DNA of 64,000 nucleotides from assembly GCA_963798845.1 (NCBI GenBank), contig CAWCUS010000001.1, forward strand, positions 32,001-96,000, given 5' to 3'. The notes beneath the pieces were generated by a model that did not search any database, was not told the origin of the DNA, and was given only the letters and a program-made list of their open reading frames with translations. The position numbers and the translations under genes were made by a program. The DNA comes from an uncultured Gemmatimonadales bacterium. GTDB taxonomy: Bacteria > Gemmatimonadota > Gemmatimonadetes > Longimicrobiales > RSA9. Of this stretch, positions 9,489 to 22,162 are shown piece by piece; position 1 is the stretch's first letter; the number at the start of each line of letters is the position of its first letter.

Positions 9489-9644
9489 GAGCCCGCATCT
9501 ACAGCGCCGTCCCGCACCCGCTCGCCCGGGGAGTCCGACGCCCCGGGCGAAGCTGTGTTCACCGCCCCCGGCGTTTCCGCCGCCGCGCGGCCGCTCTCCG
9601 GTGGCGGGCCGCGTCACCGGCCGGTTCCCGCTTCCGGACCTTGC

Positions 9645-9672
9645 CGTGTTCGATATAATGGGATCGAACACG
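9645..9672 (+). promoter_or_regulatory. Perfect inverted repeat overlapping a TATAAT -10 box upstream of trxC
   Basis: CGTGTTCGAT-N8-ATCGAACACG; TATAAT at 9654-9659. Confidence 0.65.
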
Positions 9673-9693
9673 AGCTCTTTCCGGAGACCCGAG

Positions 9694-10140
9694 ATGCCAG
9701 AGAACGCGACCCGCCGCGCCACGGTCATGTGCCCGTTCTGCCTGACCATGAACCGCGTGGACCTGGGCCGGGCAGCGGACCGGCCGAAGTGCGGCCACTG
9801 CGGCAAGCCGATCCTCCTGGACCGACCCGTACGCGTCACGGACCGGTCCATGGAGAAGACCATCAAGGGCACCGACATCCCCGTGGTGGTCGACTTCTAC
9901 GCCGACTGGTGCCAGCCGTGCAAGGTGATGGCGCCGATCCTGGACGAGCTGGCGAGATCGCGCCAGGGGCAGGTGCTCGTGGCGAAGCTGGACACGGACT
10001 CCAACCCGACCATGGCCGTCCACTACGGGATCCGCGGGATCCCCACGCTCATCGTGTTCCGCGAAGGCCGAGAGTGGAAGCGCCAGACGGGTGCCGTGCC
10101 CGCGGACCGGCTGCTCGCACTGCTGGACGCGGAGCCGTAG
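9694..10140 (+). CDS. trxC: Thioredoxin 2 (Zn-finger thioredoxin)
   Basis: N-terminal CPFC...CGHC zinc motif, DFYADWCQPC, GIPTL. Confidence 0.88.
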   Translation: MPENATRRATVMCPFCLTMNRVDLGRAADRPKCGHCGKPILLDRPVRVTDRSMEKTIKGTDIPVVVDFYADWCQPCKVMAPILDELARSRQGQVLVAKLDTDSNPTMAVHYGIRGIPTLIVFREGREWKRQTGAVPADRLLALLDAEP

Positions 10141-10278
10141 AGGGGACACGGCGAGCGGCGGACGGGGCCGCGGGTCGCGGGCCGACCCCGGATGGCAGGA
10201 CGCTGCCGATCCCCGGGCGGGGGACCGGCAGCGCGTGTTCGGTAGGATTGCCCGATCACAGCGCAACAAACGGGCCGT

Positions 10279-12843
10279 TCAGCGCAAACCCACCGATTGC
10301 AGCATGGCGACGGTGATCGACTGGCGCACGTCGCCGAAGCCGGTCCACGGGTCGCTGCCACCCGCAATCCGATCCGGGACATCGCGGATGGTGTGGAAAG
10401 GCGGCTTCCTCGCGTTCGGGTTCACCTCGTCCCAGGACAGCGGCACGGCCACCGGCGCGCCGGGGCGCGCCCGCGTCGAGAGCTCGCCGATGGCCGTGGC
10501 GTTCCACGCGTTCCGCAGGTAGTCGATGAAGATGCGTCCCTTCCGGCGCGCCTTCGTCATCCTGGACGTGAACCCCTCCGGATCTTCCGCCACCATCCGC
10601 TGCGCCACGGCCTGCGTGAACGTCCTCGCCTGCTCCCAGTCGGAGCGTCGCGTCACCGGCACCACCACATGCAGCCCCTTCCCTCCCGTGCTCTTGGGGA
10701 AGCTCTCCAGCCCGAGCTCGCCCAGGATTCCGCGCAGCCGGAGCGCTGCGCTCGCCACGCGGCCGAACGGGAGCCCCTCGTCGGGGTCGAGGTCGAACAC
10801 CAGCCGGTCGGGGCGATCGAGCCGGTCGCGACGCGAGCCCCAGACGTGGAACTCCAGCACCCCCAGCTGCACCAGCGCGACCAGGGACGGCAGGCCGTCA
10901 ATGTACATGTAGAGCCCGGTCCCGTCCTTTTCCTTCACACGGACCCGCGGCACCACGTCCGGAACCCCGTCCTTCGCGTGCTTCTGGAAGAAGCACTTCC
11001 CCTCCGCGCCGGACGGGCAGCGAACGAGCGTCAACGGCCGGTCTGCCAGCGCGGGCACAATGTGGTCGGCCACCGCCTCGTAATAGGCGACGAGCTCACC
11101 TTTCGTCACGCCCTGCTCCGGCCAGAGCACCTTGTCCGGGTGCGTGATCTTCACGCCGGCGACCGTCCCCATCTCTCCCTCCGGGTACGAGTGCGACCCG
11201 GACTTCGAGGCGCGCTTCGAAGCGCGCTCCGATGCGGGCCTCGACGCCCGGCCGGGCCCCGGACCGCTCTCCCGCACCACCTGCCGGGCGCTCCTGTCCT
11301 CGCGCAGCCCCTGGAAGGAAGGGTGGCGCACCCGGCCGTCATCCGTCCACTCCGTGAACTCGACCTCCGCCACCAGCTCCGGGCGGACCCAGTGCACCCC
11401 GCGGACCTCGGCGCCCCGCGGCGCTCCCTTCATCGGTGGGGTCTTGCGTTCCATGGTCGAGAGACGTTCGTGCAGCGCCCGCAGCGTGCGGTTGTCGAAG
11501 CCGGTGCCCACCTTCCCGGCGTACACCAGGTCGCCGGCGTCGTCGTGAACGCCGAGGAGGAGGGCGCCCAGCCCGACGCGGGACCCCGACGGCTCCGAAT
11601 AGCCCACCACGACGAGCTCCTGGCGGGCGGTGCACTTGGCCTTCAGCCACGTCCTGCCCCGGCCGGGGCGGTAGGCGGACCCAGCGCGCTTGGACACGAT
11701 CCCCTCGAGCCCCATGTCGCACGCCCTCGCCAGGAACGCGGGGCCGCGGCCCCGGACGTGGTCGCTGAAACGGACCTGCCGGTCGTCCAGCCCGGACACC
11801 AGCCCCTGGAGCAGCGCCTTTCGCTCCTCGATCGGCTCACCGGTGAGATCCCGGCCGTCCAGGTGCAGGAGGTCGAATGCGAAAAGCAGCGGCTCGCCGC
11901 CGCGCTCGCCGGACAGCGAATTCTGGAGCCGCTGGAAGCTGGACACCCCGTTCCGGTCCAGCACGACCACCTCACCGTCCACCATCGCCTCGTCGGCAGC
12001 GAGCCGGGACACCATCTCCGCCAGCGCAGCGAAGCGGTCCGTCCAGTCCTTCCCGTTCCGGGTGATGATCCGGGTCGCCCCACCCTCGAGCCGGCAGAGC
12101 ACCCGGTAGCCGTCGAACTTGATCTCGTGGAGCCAGTCCCCGCCGTCCGGCGGCTTCCCCACGAGGGTAGCCAGCTGCGGCTTCACCCGGGCGGGCAGCT
12201 TCGAGGGCTTCCCGGGCTCGCTCGTCGGCGGCCGAAGCTCCCCCTCGTGGCTGTCCCACACCCGGTCCTGCTCCGCCGCGATCGCTTCGAGGTCGCGCCC
12301 CGTCTCCACGCTCAGCGGGGCGTCGTCAGTGATGTCGTCGTCGTCCTGGTCGCGGGCGGCGTCGTCGCCCGACTTGATGAGCAGCCAGCTCTCCTTTTTC
12401 TCGCCGGCGCGCCGCTTCATGCGCGTCAGGATCCACTCGCCCGAGAGCTTCTCGCCATCGAGGCGGAAGCGCAGCCGCCCCTTGCGGTAGTCCCTTTCCG
12501 CATCGCCGAGGGGCGTCCAGGTCCCGCGGTCCCACAGCATCACCGTGCCCCCGCCGTACTGGCCCGCCGGGATCACCCCCTCGAAGCCGCCGTAGTCCAT
12601 GGGGTGGTCTTCGGTCTCCATCGCCAGCCTGCGCACACCGGGCTTCAGGCTCGGCCCCTTCGGGACCGCCCAGCTCTTCAGCACCCCGTCCATCTCCAGC
12701 CGGAAGTCGTAGTGCAGGTGCGACGCGTCGTGCTTCTGGATCACGAACTCCAGCGCGCGCTCCGCCTTCCGGTACCGCACCTTTCCCGACGGCTCGGGCG
12801 TGCGCTTGAAGTTCCGCTTCTTCCGGTATTCCTCGAGTGCCAT
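10279..12843 (-). CDS. ligD: NHEJ DNA ligase D (phosphoesterase-ligase-polymerase)
   Basis: PE domain: HYDFRLE, SWAVPKGP. Ligase: EIKFDGYR, EGIVSK. Polymerase: FDLDP, KSTGGKGLHV. Confidence 0.95.
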   Translation of the reverse strand: MALEEYRKKRNFKRTPEPSGKVRYRKAERALEFVIQKHDASHLHYDFRLEMDGVLKSWAVPKGPSLKPGVRRLAMETEDHPMDYGGFEGVIPAGQYGGGTVMLWDRGTWTPLGDAERDYRKGRLRFRLDGEKLSGEWILTRMKRRAGEKKESWLLIKSGDDAARDQDDDDITDDAPLSVETGRDLEAIAAEQDRVWDSHEGELRPPTSEPGKPSKLPARVKPQLATLVGKPPDGGDWLHEIKFDGYRVLCRLEGGATRIITRNGKDWTDRFAALAEMVSRLAADEAMVDGEVVVLDRNGVSSFQRLQNSLSGERGGEPLLFAFDLLHLDGRDLTGEPIEERKALLQGLVSGLDDRQVRFSDHVRGRGPAFLARACDMGLEGIVSKRAGSAYRPGRGRTWLKAKCTARQELVVVGYSEPSGSRVGLGALLLGVHDDAGDLVYAGKVGTGFDNRTLRALHERLSTMERKTPPMKGAPRGAEVRGVHWVRPELVAEVEFTEWTDDGRVRHPSFQGLREDRSARQVVRESGPGPGRASRPASERASKRASKSGSHSYPEGEMGTVAGVKITHPDKVLWPEQGVTKGELVAYYEAVADHIVPALADRPLTLVRCPSGAEGKCFFQKHAKDGVPDVVPRVRVKEKDGTGLYMYIDGLPSLVALVQLGVLEFHVWGSRRDRLDRPDRLVFDLDPDEGLPFGRVASAALRLRGILGELGLESFPKSTGGKGLHVVVPVTRRSDWEQARTFTQAVAQRMVAEDPEGFTSRMTKARRKGRIFIDYLRNAWNATAIGELSTRARPGAPVAVPLSWDEVNPNARKPPFHTIRDVPDRIAGGSDPWTGFGDVRQSITVAMLQSVGLR

Positions 12844-12855
12844 GCCACTCCCTCT

Positions 12856-13815
12856 TCAGCTCTGCTTCGACGCGCCACGCAGGTAGGGCGACAGCTCCAC
12901 TCTCCCCTTCCTGGGCCACGAAAGCGGTCGCCACAGGTCGCCCATCCGCCTCACCCGCTCCGGGACGTTTTCCAGCGTGAAGTCACCGGTGTCCACCCCG
13001 GCCTCCACCTCCTCCCAGGTCATAGGGGTCGACACCGTCGCCTCCGGCTTCGGTCTGACCGAGTACACGCTCGCCAGCGTGCGCCCCCACGCGTTCTGGT
13101 TGTAGTCCACCAGCACCCGGCCGGGCGGCCGGTCCTTGATGCGGTACTCGGCCGTGACCAGGGCCGGGTCCCGCCGCTCCATGAGCTGGGCGAACGCCTT
13201 CGCGAAGCGCCACACCGCCTTCTGGACCGGGCCACGCACGATCGGGACGTAGACGTGGATGCCTTTCGACCCGCTCGTCTTGGCATAGCTCGGCATCTCC
13301 AGCTCGGCCAGCGAGTCGCGCACCATCAGCGCCGTCCGCCGCACCTCCTCGAAGCTCGCGGGCGGGACCGGGTCGAGGTCGAAGTGGAGGAAGTCCGGGC
13401 GGTCCACGTCGTCGCAGCGCGAGTACCACGGATTCAGGTCAATGCAGCCGAGGTTCACCAGCCACAGCAACCCGGACACGTGCCGCACCACGGGGAAGTC
13501 GATCACGCTCCCGGAGCCGTGCTCGATGCTGCACGTCTCCAGCCATTCGGGTGCGCCCGCGGGCGTCCGCTTCATGAAGAAGTGCTTCCCCTTCCACCCG
13601 TTCGGGTAGCGCTTCATCACCATCGCGCGCCCCTCGACGTGCGGCAGCAGCGCCTCGGCCACGTCCGCGTAGTACTGCAGCAGGTCGCGCTTCGTGATCC
13701 CGCGATCCGGCCAGAACGGCTTGCCCAGGTTGGTCAGCCGGAGCTCCTGGCCCGCGAAGCTCAGCGTCGCGCTCTCCCGGTCCCGGGGGATCTCTGGGTT
13801 CTTCGGGTCCGCCAT
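12856..13815 (-). CDS. Stand-alone LigD-type primase-polymerase (AEP) protein
   Basis: LTNLGK.FWP, TK.DL..YY, RYPNG, HFDLDP, KTSGSKGIHV, DYNQN; GGAGG RBS before ATG 13815. Confidence 0.9.
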   Translation of the reverse strand: MADPKNPEIPRDRESATLSFAGQELRLTNLGKPFWPDRGITKRDLLQYYADVAEALLPHVEGRAMVMKRYPNGWKGKHFFMKRTPAGAPEWLETCSIEHGSGSVIDFPVVRHVSGLLWLVNLGCIDLNPWYSRCDDVDRPDFLHFDLDPVPPASFEEVRRTALMVRDSLAELEMPSYAKTSGSKGIHVYVPIVRGPVQKAVWRFAKAFAQLMERRDPALVTAEYRIKDRPPGRVLVDYNQNAWGRTLASVYSVRPKPEATVSTPMTWEEVEAGVDTGDFTLENVPERVRRMGDLWRPLSWPRKGRVELSPYLRGASKQS

Positions 13816-13849
13816 GGCGCCTCCATCGGTCGGTTCCCACCGGAACCCG

Positions 13850-13865
13850 AGCAAGGATCCGACCA
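13850..13865 (-). promoter_or_regulatory. Putative sigma54 promoter for the Prim-Pol/ligD operon
   Basis: Minus strand TGGTCGGATCCTTGCT: GG-N10-GC, about 35 nt upstream of the ATG. Confidence 0.65.
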
Positions 13866-13890
13866 GCGGCGGCCGGCCGTGTCTCCGGGC

Positions 13891-13906
13891 TGGCACCCGT
13901 TGTGCC
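13891..13906 (+). promoter_or_regulatory. Putative sigma54 promoter, divergent from the ligD promoter
   Basis: TGGCACCCGTTGTGCC: canonical TGGCAC -24 box, GG-N10-GC. Confidence 0.6.
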
Positions 13907-13952
13907 TCCTCCCCGGCCGGAGCAGCGACCGGGAACCCGCACACCGAACCCC

Positions 13953-14126
13953 ATGAAGCGCCTCTTCTGGCCCGTCCTCCTGGCCATCGTGATCCTCGCC
14001 GTCGGCGGGGTCCTCGGGATCGTGGGAGGCGCCATGTTCCTCCCGATCATCGGCTTCCTGGCCATGGTCGCCATCCTCATCTGGCTCTTTGTCCGCCGGG
14101 CCGAGCACAGGCCGCCCCTGGACTAG
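13953..14126 (+). CDS. Small two-TM membrane protein (57 aa)
   Basis: MKRLFWPVLLAIVILAVGG...; strongly hydrophobic with GC3-rich codons. Confidence 0.65.
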   Translation: MKRLFWPVLLAIVILAVGGVLGIVGGAMFLPIIGFLAMVAILIWLFVRRAEHRPPLD

Positions 14127-14262
14127 GGCCTCCGGCGACCACGGCTCACGCCCGGGCCCGGGCTTCGGGCACGAACCGCATGATCCTTGCGTGGCCGCGG
14201 CTTCGTTCCTCAACAGGCGTGCCGGGCGAGCCGGCCGGCAGTGAGAAGCGAACGGGAGACGA

Positions 14263-14913
14263 ATGCCCGCGCCTTTTCCGAGTTGGTCCGACAGCGTATT
14301 CAAAGCGACGATCGCAGCCGTCTTCCTTCTGATCCTGGCCTTCCCCCTCGCCCTCATGGCGTGGGTCCGCACCCCCTGGAACACCGGCGAGCAGCGCACC
14401 CTCGAGCAGCCGGTGGATTTCGATCACCGACATCACGTCTCCGACGACGGGATCGACTGCCTCTACTGCCACGACCTGGCGGATCGCTCGCGCTACGCCG
14501 GGATACCGGGCGCCGGGAAGTGCATGAACTGCCACAACCAGATCTGGAGCCAGAGCCCCGCCCTGGAGCCGGTACGGCAGAGCTATTTCCGCGGCGCGAC
14601 GCTGGCGTGGCAGCGGGTCTACCGCCTGCCGGACTTCGTCTACTTCGATCACTCGCAGCACGTCCTCAACGGCGTCGGCTGCGAGGAGTGCCACGGGCGC
14701 GTGGACCGGCAACCGCGCATTGCCCAGGTCCCGCCGCTCAGCATGTCGTGGTGCCTCGCGTGCCACCGCGACCCCGCGCCGCACCTGCGACCGCGTGATC
14801 GGATCACCACCATGGGCTGGACGTTCAACGGGAACCGCGATTCTCTCGCCGCCGCCCTCGCCGCCGAGTACGACGTCCGCCCCATGACCTCCTGCACCAC
14901 CTGCCACCGCTGA
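14263..14913 (+). CDS. actA: Alternative complex III pentaheme cytochrome c subunit
   Basis: One TM helix plus 5 CxxCH motifs (CLYCH, CMNCH, CEECH, CLACH, CTTCH); LPDFVYFDHS. Confidence 0.92.
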   Translation: MPAPFPSWSDSVFKATIAAVFLLILAFPLALMAWVRTPWNTGEQRTLEQPVDFDHRHHVSDDGIDCLYCHDLADRSRYAGIPGAGKCMNCHNQIWSQSPALEPVRQSYFRGATLAWQRVYRLPDFVYFDHSQHVLNGVGCEECHGRVDRQPRIAQVPPLSMSWCLACHRDPAPHLRPRDRITTMGWTFNGNRDSLAAALAAEYDVRPMTSCTTCHR

Positions 14914-14918
14914 TCGGA

Positions 14919-18253
<3,335 letters not shown>

Positions 18254-18254
<1 letters not shown>

Positions 18255-19615
18255 TGCAGACCCCGACGCTCGAGCGGTGGCCCGTGGTCGAGGACAGCCC
18301 GAGCTACGCCCACATCACCACGGAGATCCTCGAGCCGATCTGGAAGAAGAAGCCGTTCACGTGGCGGCTGTTCATGGCCTTCATGGCACTCGGCTCCCTC
18401 GGCTTCCTCGGCGCCATCGCCTACACCGTGTTCTCCGGCATCGGCGTCTGGGGCAACCAGATCCCGGTGGGCTGGGCGTTCGCCATCACCAACTTCGTCT
18501 GGTGGATCGGGCTCGGACACGCGGGCACCTTCATCTCCGCCTTCCTGCTCCTCCTGGAGCAGAGGTGGCGCAGCTCCATCAACCGGACGGCGGAGGCGAT
18601 GACGCTCTTCGCCATCATGATGGCCGGCCTCTTCCCCATGCTCCACCTGGGACGGCCCTGGTTCTTCTACTGGCTGGTCCCCTACCCCGCCACCATGGGG
18701 GTGTGGCCGCAGTTCCGCAGCTCGCTCCCCTACGACGCGGCCGCGATCTTCACGTACTTCACGGTTTCCGTCCTCTTCTGGTACATGGGGCTGGTTCCCG
18801 ACCTGGCGTCCGCCCGCGACCGCGCCCCGTCCCGCTTCAAGGCGCGCGTCTACGGCCTCTTCGCCCTGGGCTGGCGCGGCTCCGCCCGCGACTGGAAGCG
18901 CTACCGCATCGGCTACGGCCTCCTGGCCGGACTCGCCACCCCGCTGGTCATCTCGGTGCACTCCATCGTGTCCATGGACTTCGCCATCGCCCAGCTACCC
19001 GGATGGCACAGCACCATCTTCCCGCCCTACTTCGTCGTGGGCGCCATCTACTCCGGCTTCGCCCTGGTCATCATGCTCCTGGTCCCGATCCGCCACCTCC
19101 TGGGCTGGCAGGACGTGATCACGAAGCGGCACCTGAACGTGCTCGGCAAGATCCTGCTCGTGACCGGCGGCCTCATGGGGTACTCCTACATCACCGAGAC
19201 CTTCTCCGCCTGGTACTCCGGCGACATCTACGAGCGGTTCATCTACCTGTGGCACCGCCCCTTCGGATGGCACTGGCTCTACTGGGCCATGATCTTCTGC
19301 AACGCCGTGGTGCCGCACCTGTACTGGAGCCGGCGCATGCGGAACAGCTCCGTGGCGCTCTTCATCGGCTCCTTCCTGATCTTCACCGGGATGTGGATCG
19401 AGCGCCTGGTCCTCATCGTCAGCAGCCTCGACCGCGACTTCCTCCCGTCCAGCTGGCACGCCTACATGCCCACGTGGGTGGACTGGATGCTGCTCTTCGG
19501 CTCCATCAGCACGTTCATCTTCCTCTTCATGACGCTCCTCCGCTGGGTTCCGGGCGTGCCCATCCACGAGGTGAAGAAGCTGCGGCGCGAGCTCGAGCAG
19601 GAAGGAGCGGGGTGA
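18254..19615 (+). CDS. actC: Alternative complex III NrfD/PsrC-like quinol-binding subunit
   Basis: NFVWWIGLGHAGT.ISA, RSSINR.AEAMT, HLGRPW, SVHSIVS.DFA, PGWHSTIFPPYFV. Confidence 0.93.
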
Positions 19616-20277
19616 TGGAGCAGCCCGACGTCATGCACATCCGGATCCTGGCCGAGTTCGAGACCCCCGACGCCATCGAGTCGGCGGTCGCGGCGATGAA
19701 GCACAAGGGCTACGAGGGCATCGACGCCTTCACGCCCTGGGACATGGAAAAGATCACCGAGACCCTCGAGCTCCCGCGCGGTCACATCCCGCTCTACACC
19801 CTGCTCTTCGGCATCCTGGGCGCCATCCTCGGCTACGGGATCCAGTGGTGGACCAACGCCGTGGACTTCCCCATCAACGTCGGCGCCCGCCCGCTGAACC
19901 CGATCCCGTCGTTCGTCATGATCACGTTCGAGACGACCGTCCTCTTCGCCTCCCTGGGCGCCTTCCTCGGCGTGTGGGCCGGCTCGCGCCTCCCCATGCT
20001 CTGGCAGCCGCTGTTCGAGGTCCCCGGCTTCGAGCGCGCCACGGACGACCGCTTCTTCATCGGCATTGACGAGCGCGACCCCCTCTTCCAGTTCGAGCGC
20101 ACCCGAGACGACCTCCTGGACTTCGGCGCGGTCCGCGTCGAGCGCGTCCCCGAGCGGTGGGAGATCGTGGAGCGGGAGAAACGCGCGTCCCGACTGCGCC
20201 AGCGCGGCACGGTCCCGCCCGTCGATCCAGGCGAGCCCGGCGAGCGCGTCCCGCCGCCACCCGAGACGACGGCATGA
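19615..20277 (+). CDS. actD: Alternative complex III subunit D (DUF3341)
   Basis: LAEFETP, DAFTP, two TM helices, FETTVLFA, ATDDRFF; ATG overlaps the actC stop. Confidence 0.88.
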   Translation: MEQPDVMHIRILAEFETPDAIESAVAAMKHKGYEGIDAFTPWDMEKITETLELPRGHIPLYTLLFGILGAILGYGIQWWTNAVDFPINVGARPLNPIPSFVMITFETTVLFASLGAFLGVWAGSRLPMLWQPLFEVPGFERATDDRFFIGIDERDPLFQFERTRDDLLDFGAVRVERVPERWEIVEREKRASRLRQRGTVPPVDPGEPGERVPPPPETTA

Positions 20278-20960
20278 GGGTGCGCGCAATGGCCATCGTC
20301 CTCATCGCGCTGATGCTCACGGCGTGCAGCCGCGAAGGCGAGTCGGTCGCCTGGAGCTTCGAGCGCATGATCGACCAGCCCTCGCTGCGCGCCTACGAGC
20401 CGTCGGACTTCTTCGCCGATTCCATGGGCATGCGCACGCCGCCCCCGGGCACCGTGCCTCGCGGCGAGCTGCTCGGACCGCGCGTCCTGGTCACCGGTCG
20501 GACGCGACCGGATACGGCCATCACCCTCGACATCCCCGCGGCGGGGCTCGCCGAGCCCGAGATCCGCCCCGGACCGGCCTCGACGCGGATCCCGATCCCG
20601 CTCACCATCACCGACGTGCGACGCGGTCAGGACCGCTTCGACATCTTCTGCGCCGCCTGCCACGGCGTGGACGGCCGGGCCCGGACTCCCGTGGCCGACA
20701 ACATGACGCTCCGGCGGCCGGCCGACCTCACCTCCGAGCGCATCCGCGGCCTCGCCGACGGCCAGATCTACGCGGTCGTCAACGAGGGCTACGGCTTCAT
20801 GCCCTCCTACGCCGCCGAGCTGAGCGTCCACGACCGCTGGGCAGTGGTCGCCTACGTGCGGGCGCTGCAGCTCTCGCAGGCGGCTCGGCTGTCCGAGCTC
20901 CCCGCCCCCGTCCAGCGCGAGTTCCGCCTCGCCGTCCCCGACGCCGGAGTGCGCCCATGA
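20274..20960 (+). CDS. actE: Alternative complex III monoheme cytochrome c lipoprotein
   Basis: Lipobox LTAC, M.DQP, PPGTVPRG, CAACH, MPSY, RWAVVAYVRALQ. Confidence 0.9.
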   Translation: MRVRAMAIVLIALMLTACSREGESVAWSFERMIDQPSLRAYEPSDFFADSMGMRTPPPGTVPRGELLGPRVLVTGRTRPDTAITLDIPAAGLAEPEIRPGPASTRIPIPLTITDVRRGQDRFDIFCAACHGVDGRARTPVADNMTLRRPADLTSERIRGLADGQIYAVVNEGYGFMPSYAAELSVHDRWAVVAYVRALQLSQAARLSELPAPVQREFRLAVPDAGVRP

Positions 20961-22162
20961 GCACGGTGCGGATCGCGCCGGACGTCGAGGCCCGGGTGGT
21001 GCGCAGCGCGAGGCGCGTCATCGTGCCGGCGCTCGTCGCTTCGGGCATCGGGCTCCTCGGCTTCGCCGGCGGCCTCATCCTCGACCCGCAGCGCGCCCTG
21101 TACAGCTACCTGGCCGCGTTCGCCTTCGGGTTGGCCGTGGCGCTCGGGTCGCTGTTCATGGTCATGATCTCGCACGTCACCGACGCGCGCTGGTTCGTGG
21201 TCGTACGACGCCTGGCCGAGACGATCGCCGGCACGCTCCCGCTCTTCGCCCTTCTCATCATCCCCGTCCTGGTGGGGGTCGGTCTCGTCTATCCGTGGGT
21301 CCCGCCCGTTCACCTCCCGGCGGAGGACGCGGCGAACGTGGCGAAGAAGGCCGCGTACCTCAACGTCCCGTTCTTCATCGGCCGCGCCATCCTCTATTTC
21401 GCCGTCTGGATCACGCTGGCCACGGCGCTCCGCCGCTGGTCGCTCCGGCAGGACCGTGCTCCCGAGGACGCGCCGCCCCGCCGCGCCGTCAACATCAGCG
21501 GCCCCGGCCTCGCGATCACCGGTCTCACTGTCTCGTTCGCGGCCATGGACTGGCTCATGTCGCTCTCGCCCACGTGGGTTTCATCGGTCTTCGGAGCCTA
21601 CTGGTTCGCCGGCACCATGTACGCGGGCGTCGCCGCCATCACCGTGGTCACCTGGGCCTTCCAGCGCGCGGGCGTGCTGCGCGACGAGGTGGCCAGCGGC
21701 CACTTCTACGCTCTCGGCCGCCTGATGCTGGTCTTCACCATCCTGTGGGCGTACCTCGGGTTCTCCCAGGGATTCCTCATCTACATCGCCGACCTGCCCC
21801 ACGAGGTCACCTGGTACCTGGACCGCACCCTCGGCGGCTGGGGCGTGGTCTTCGGCATCGTCGTGGTGGGCCATTTCTTCGTTCCCTTCTTCGCCCTGCT
21901 CTCCTACCGGATCAAGCAGAGCGGCCGCAGCCTCTCGTTCGTCGCGGTGTGGATGCTGCTCATGCACTACGTGGAGATGTTCTGGTTCGTCATTCCCGCG
22001 CTCCATGGCCGCGATTTCAGCGCCCGCTGGTTCGACCCCGCCACGCTCCTCTTCGTCCTCGGCTCGGCCACCGCCTTCGGCGCCTGGCGCCTCGCCGGTG
22101 AGTCCGCCGTGCCGTGGCGCGACCCGCGCATCCTCGCCTCCATCGGGTACCGCCGTGAGTGA
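20957..22162 (+). CDS. actF: Alternative complex III membrane subunit F
   Basis: Multi-TM; RRLAE, YLN.PFF, DWLMSL.P.W.S, WAY..FSQ. Confidence 0.88.
   Translation: MSTVRIAPDVEARVVRSARRVIVPALVASGIGLLGFAGGLILDPQRALYSYLAAFAFGLAVALGSLFMVMISHVTDARWFVVVRRLAETIAGTLPLFALLIIPVLVGVGLVYPWVPPVHLPAEDAANVAKKAAYLNVPFFIGRAILYFAVWITLATALRRWSLRQDRAPEDAPPRRAVNISGPGLAITGLTVSFAAMDWLMSLSPTWVSSVFGAYWFAGTMYAGVAAITVVTWAFQRAGVLRDEVASGHFYALGRLMLVFTILWAYLGFSQGFLIYIADLPHEVTWYLDRTLGGWGVVFGIVVVGHFFVPFFALLSYRIKQSGRSLSFVAVWMLLMHYVEMFWFVIPALHGRDFSARWFDPATLLFVLGSATAFGAWRLAGESAVPWRDPRILASIGYRRE

Noticed and set aside
9665..9678. Gram-positive-type SOS box (CGAAC-ACGA-GCTCT)
   Set aside because: Right half-site is mismatched; better explained as part of the larger inverted repeat.
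10297..13956. 1219-aa plus-strand ORF
   Set aside because: Antisense shadow of ligD and Prim-Pol. Long stop-free antisense frames are expected at this GC content, and it has no motifs.
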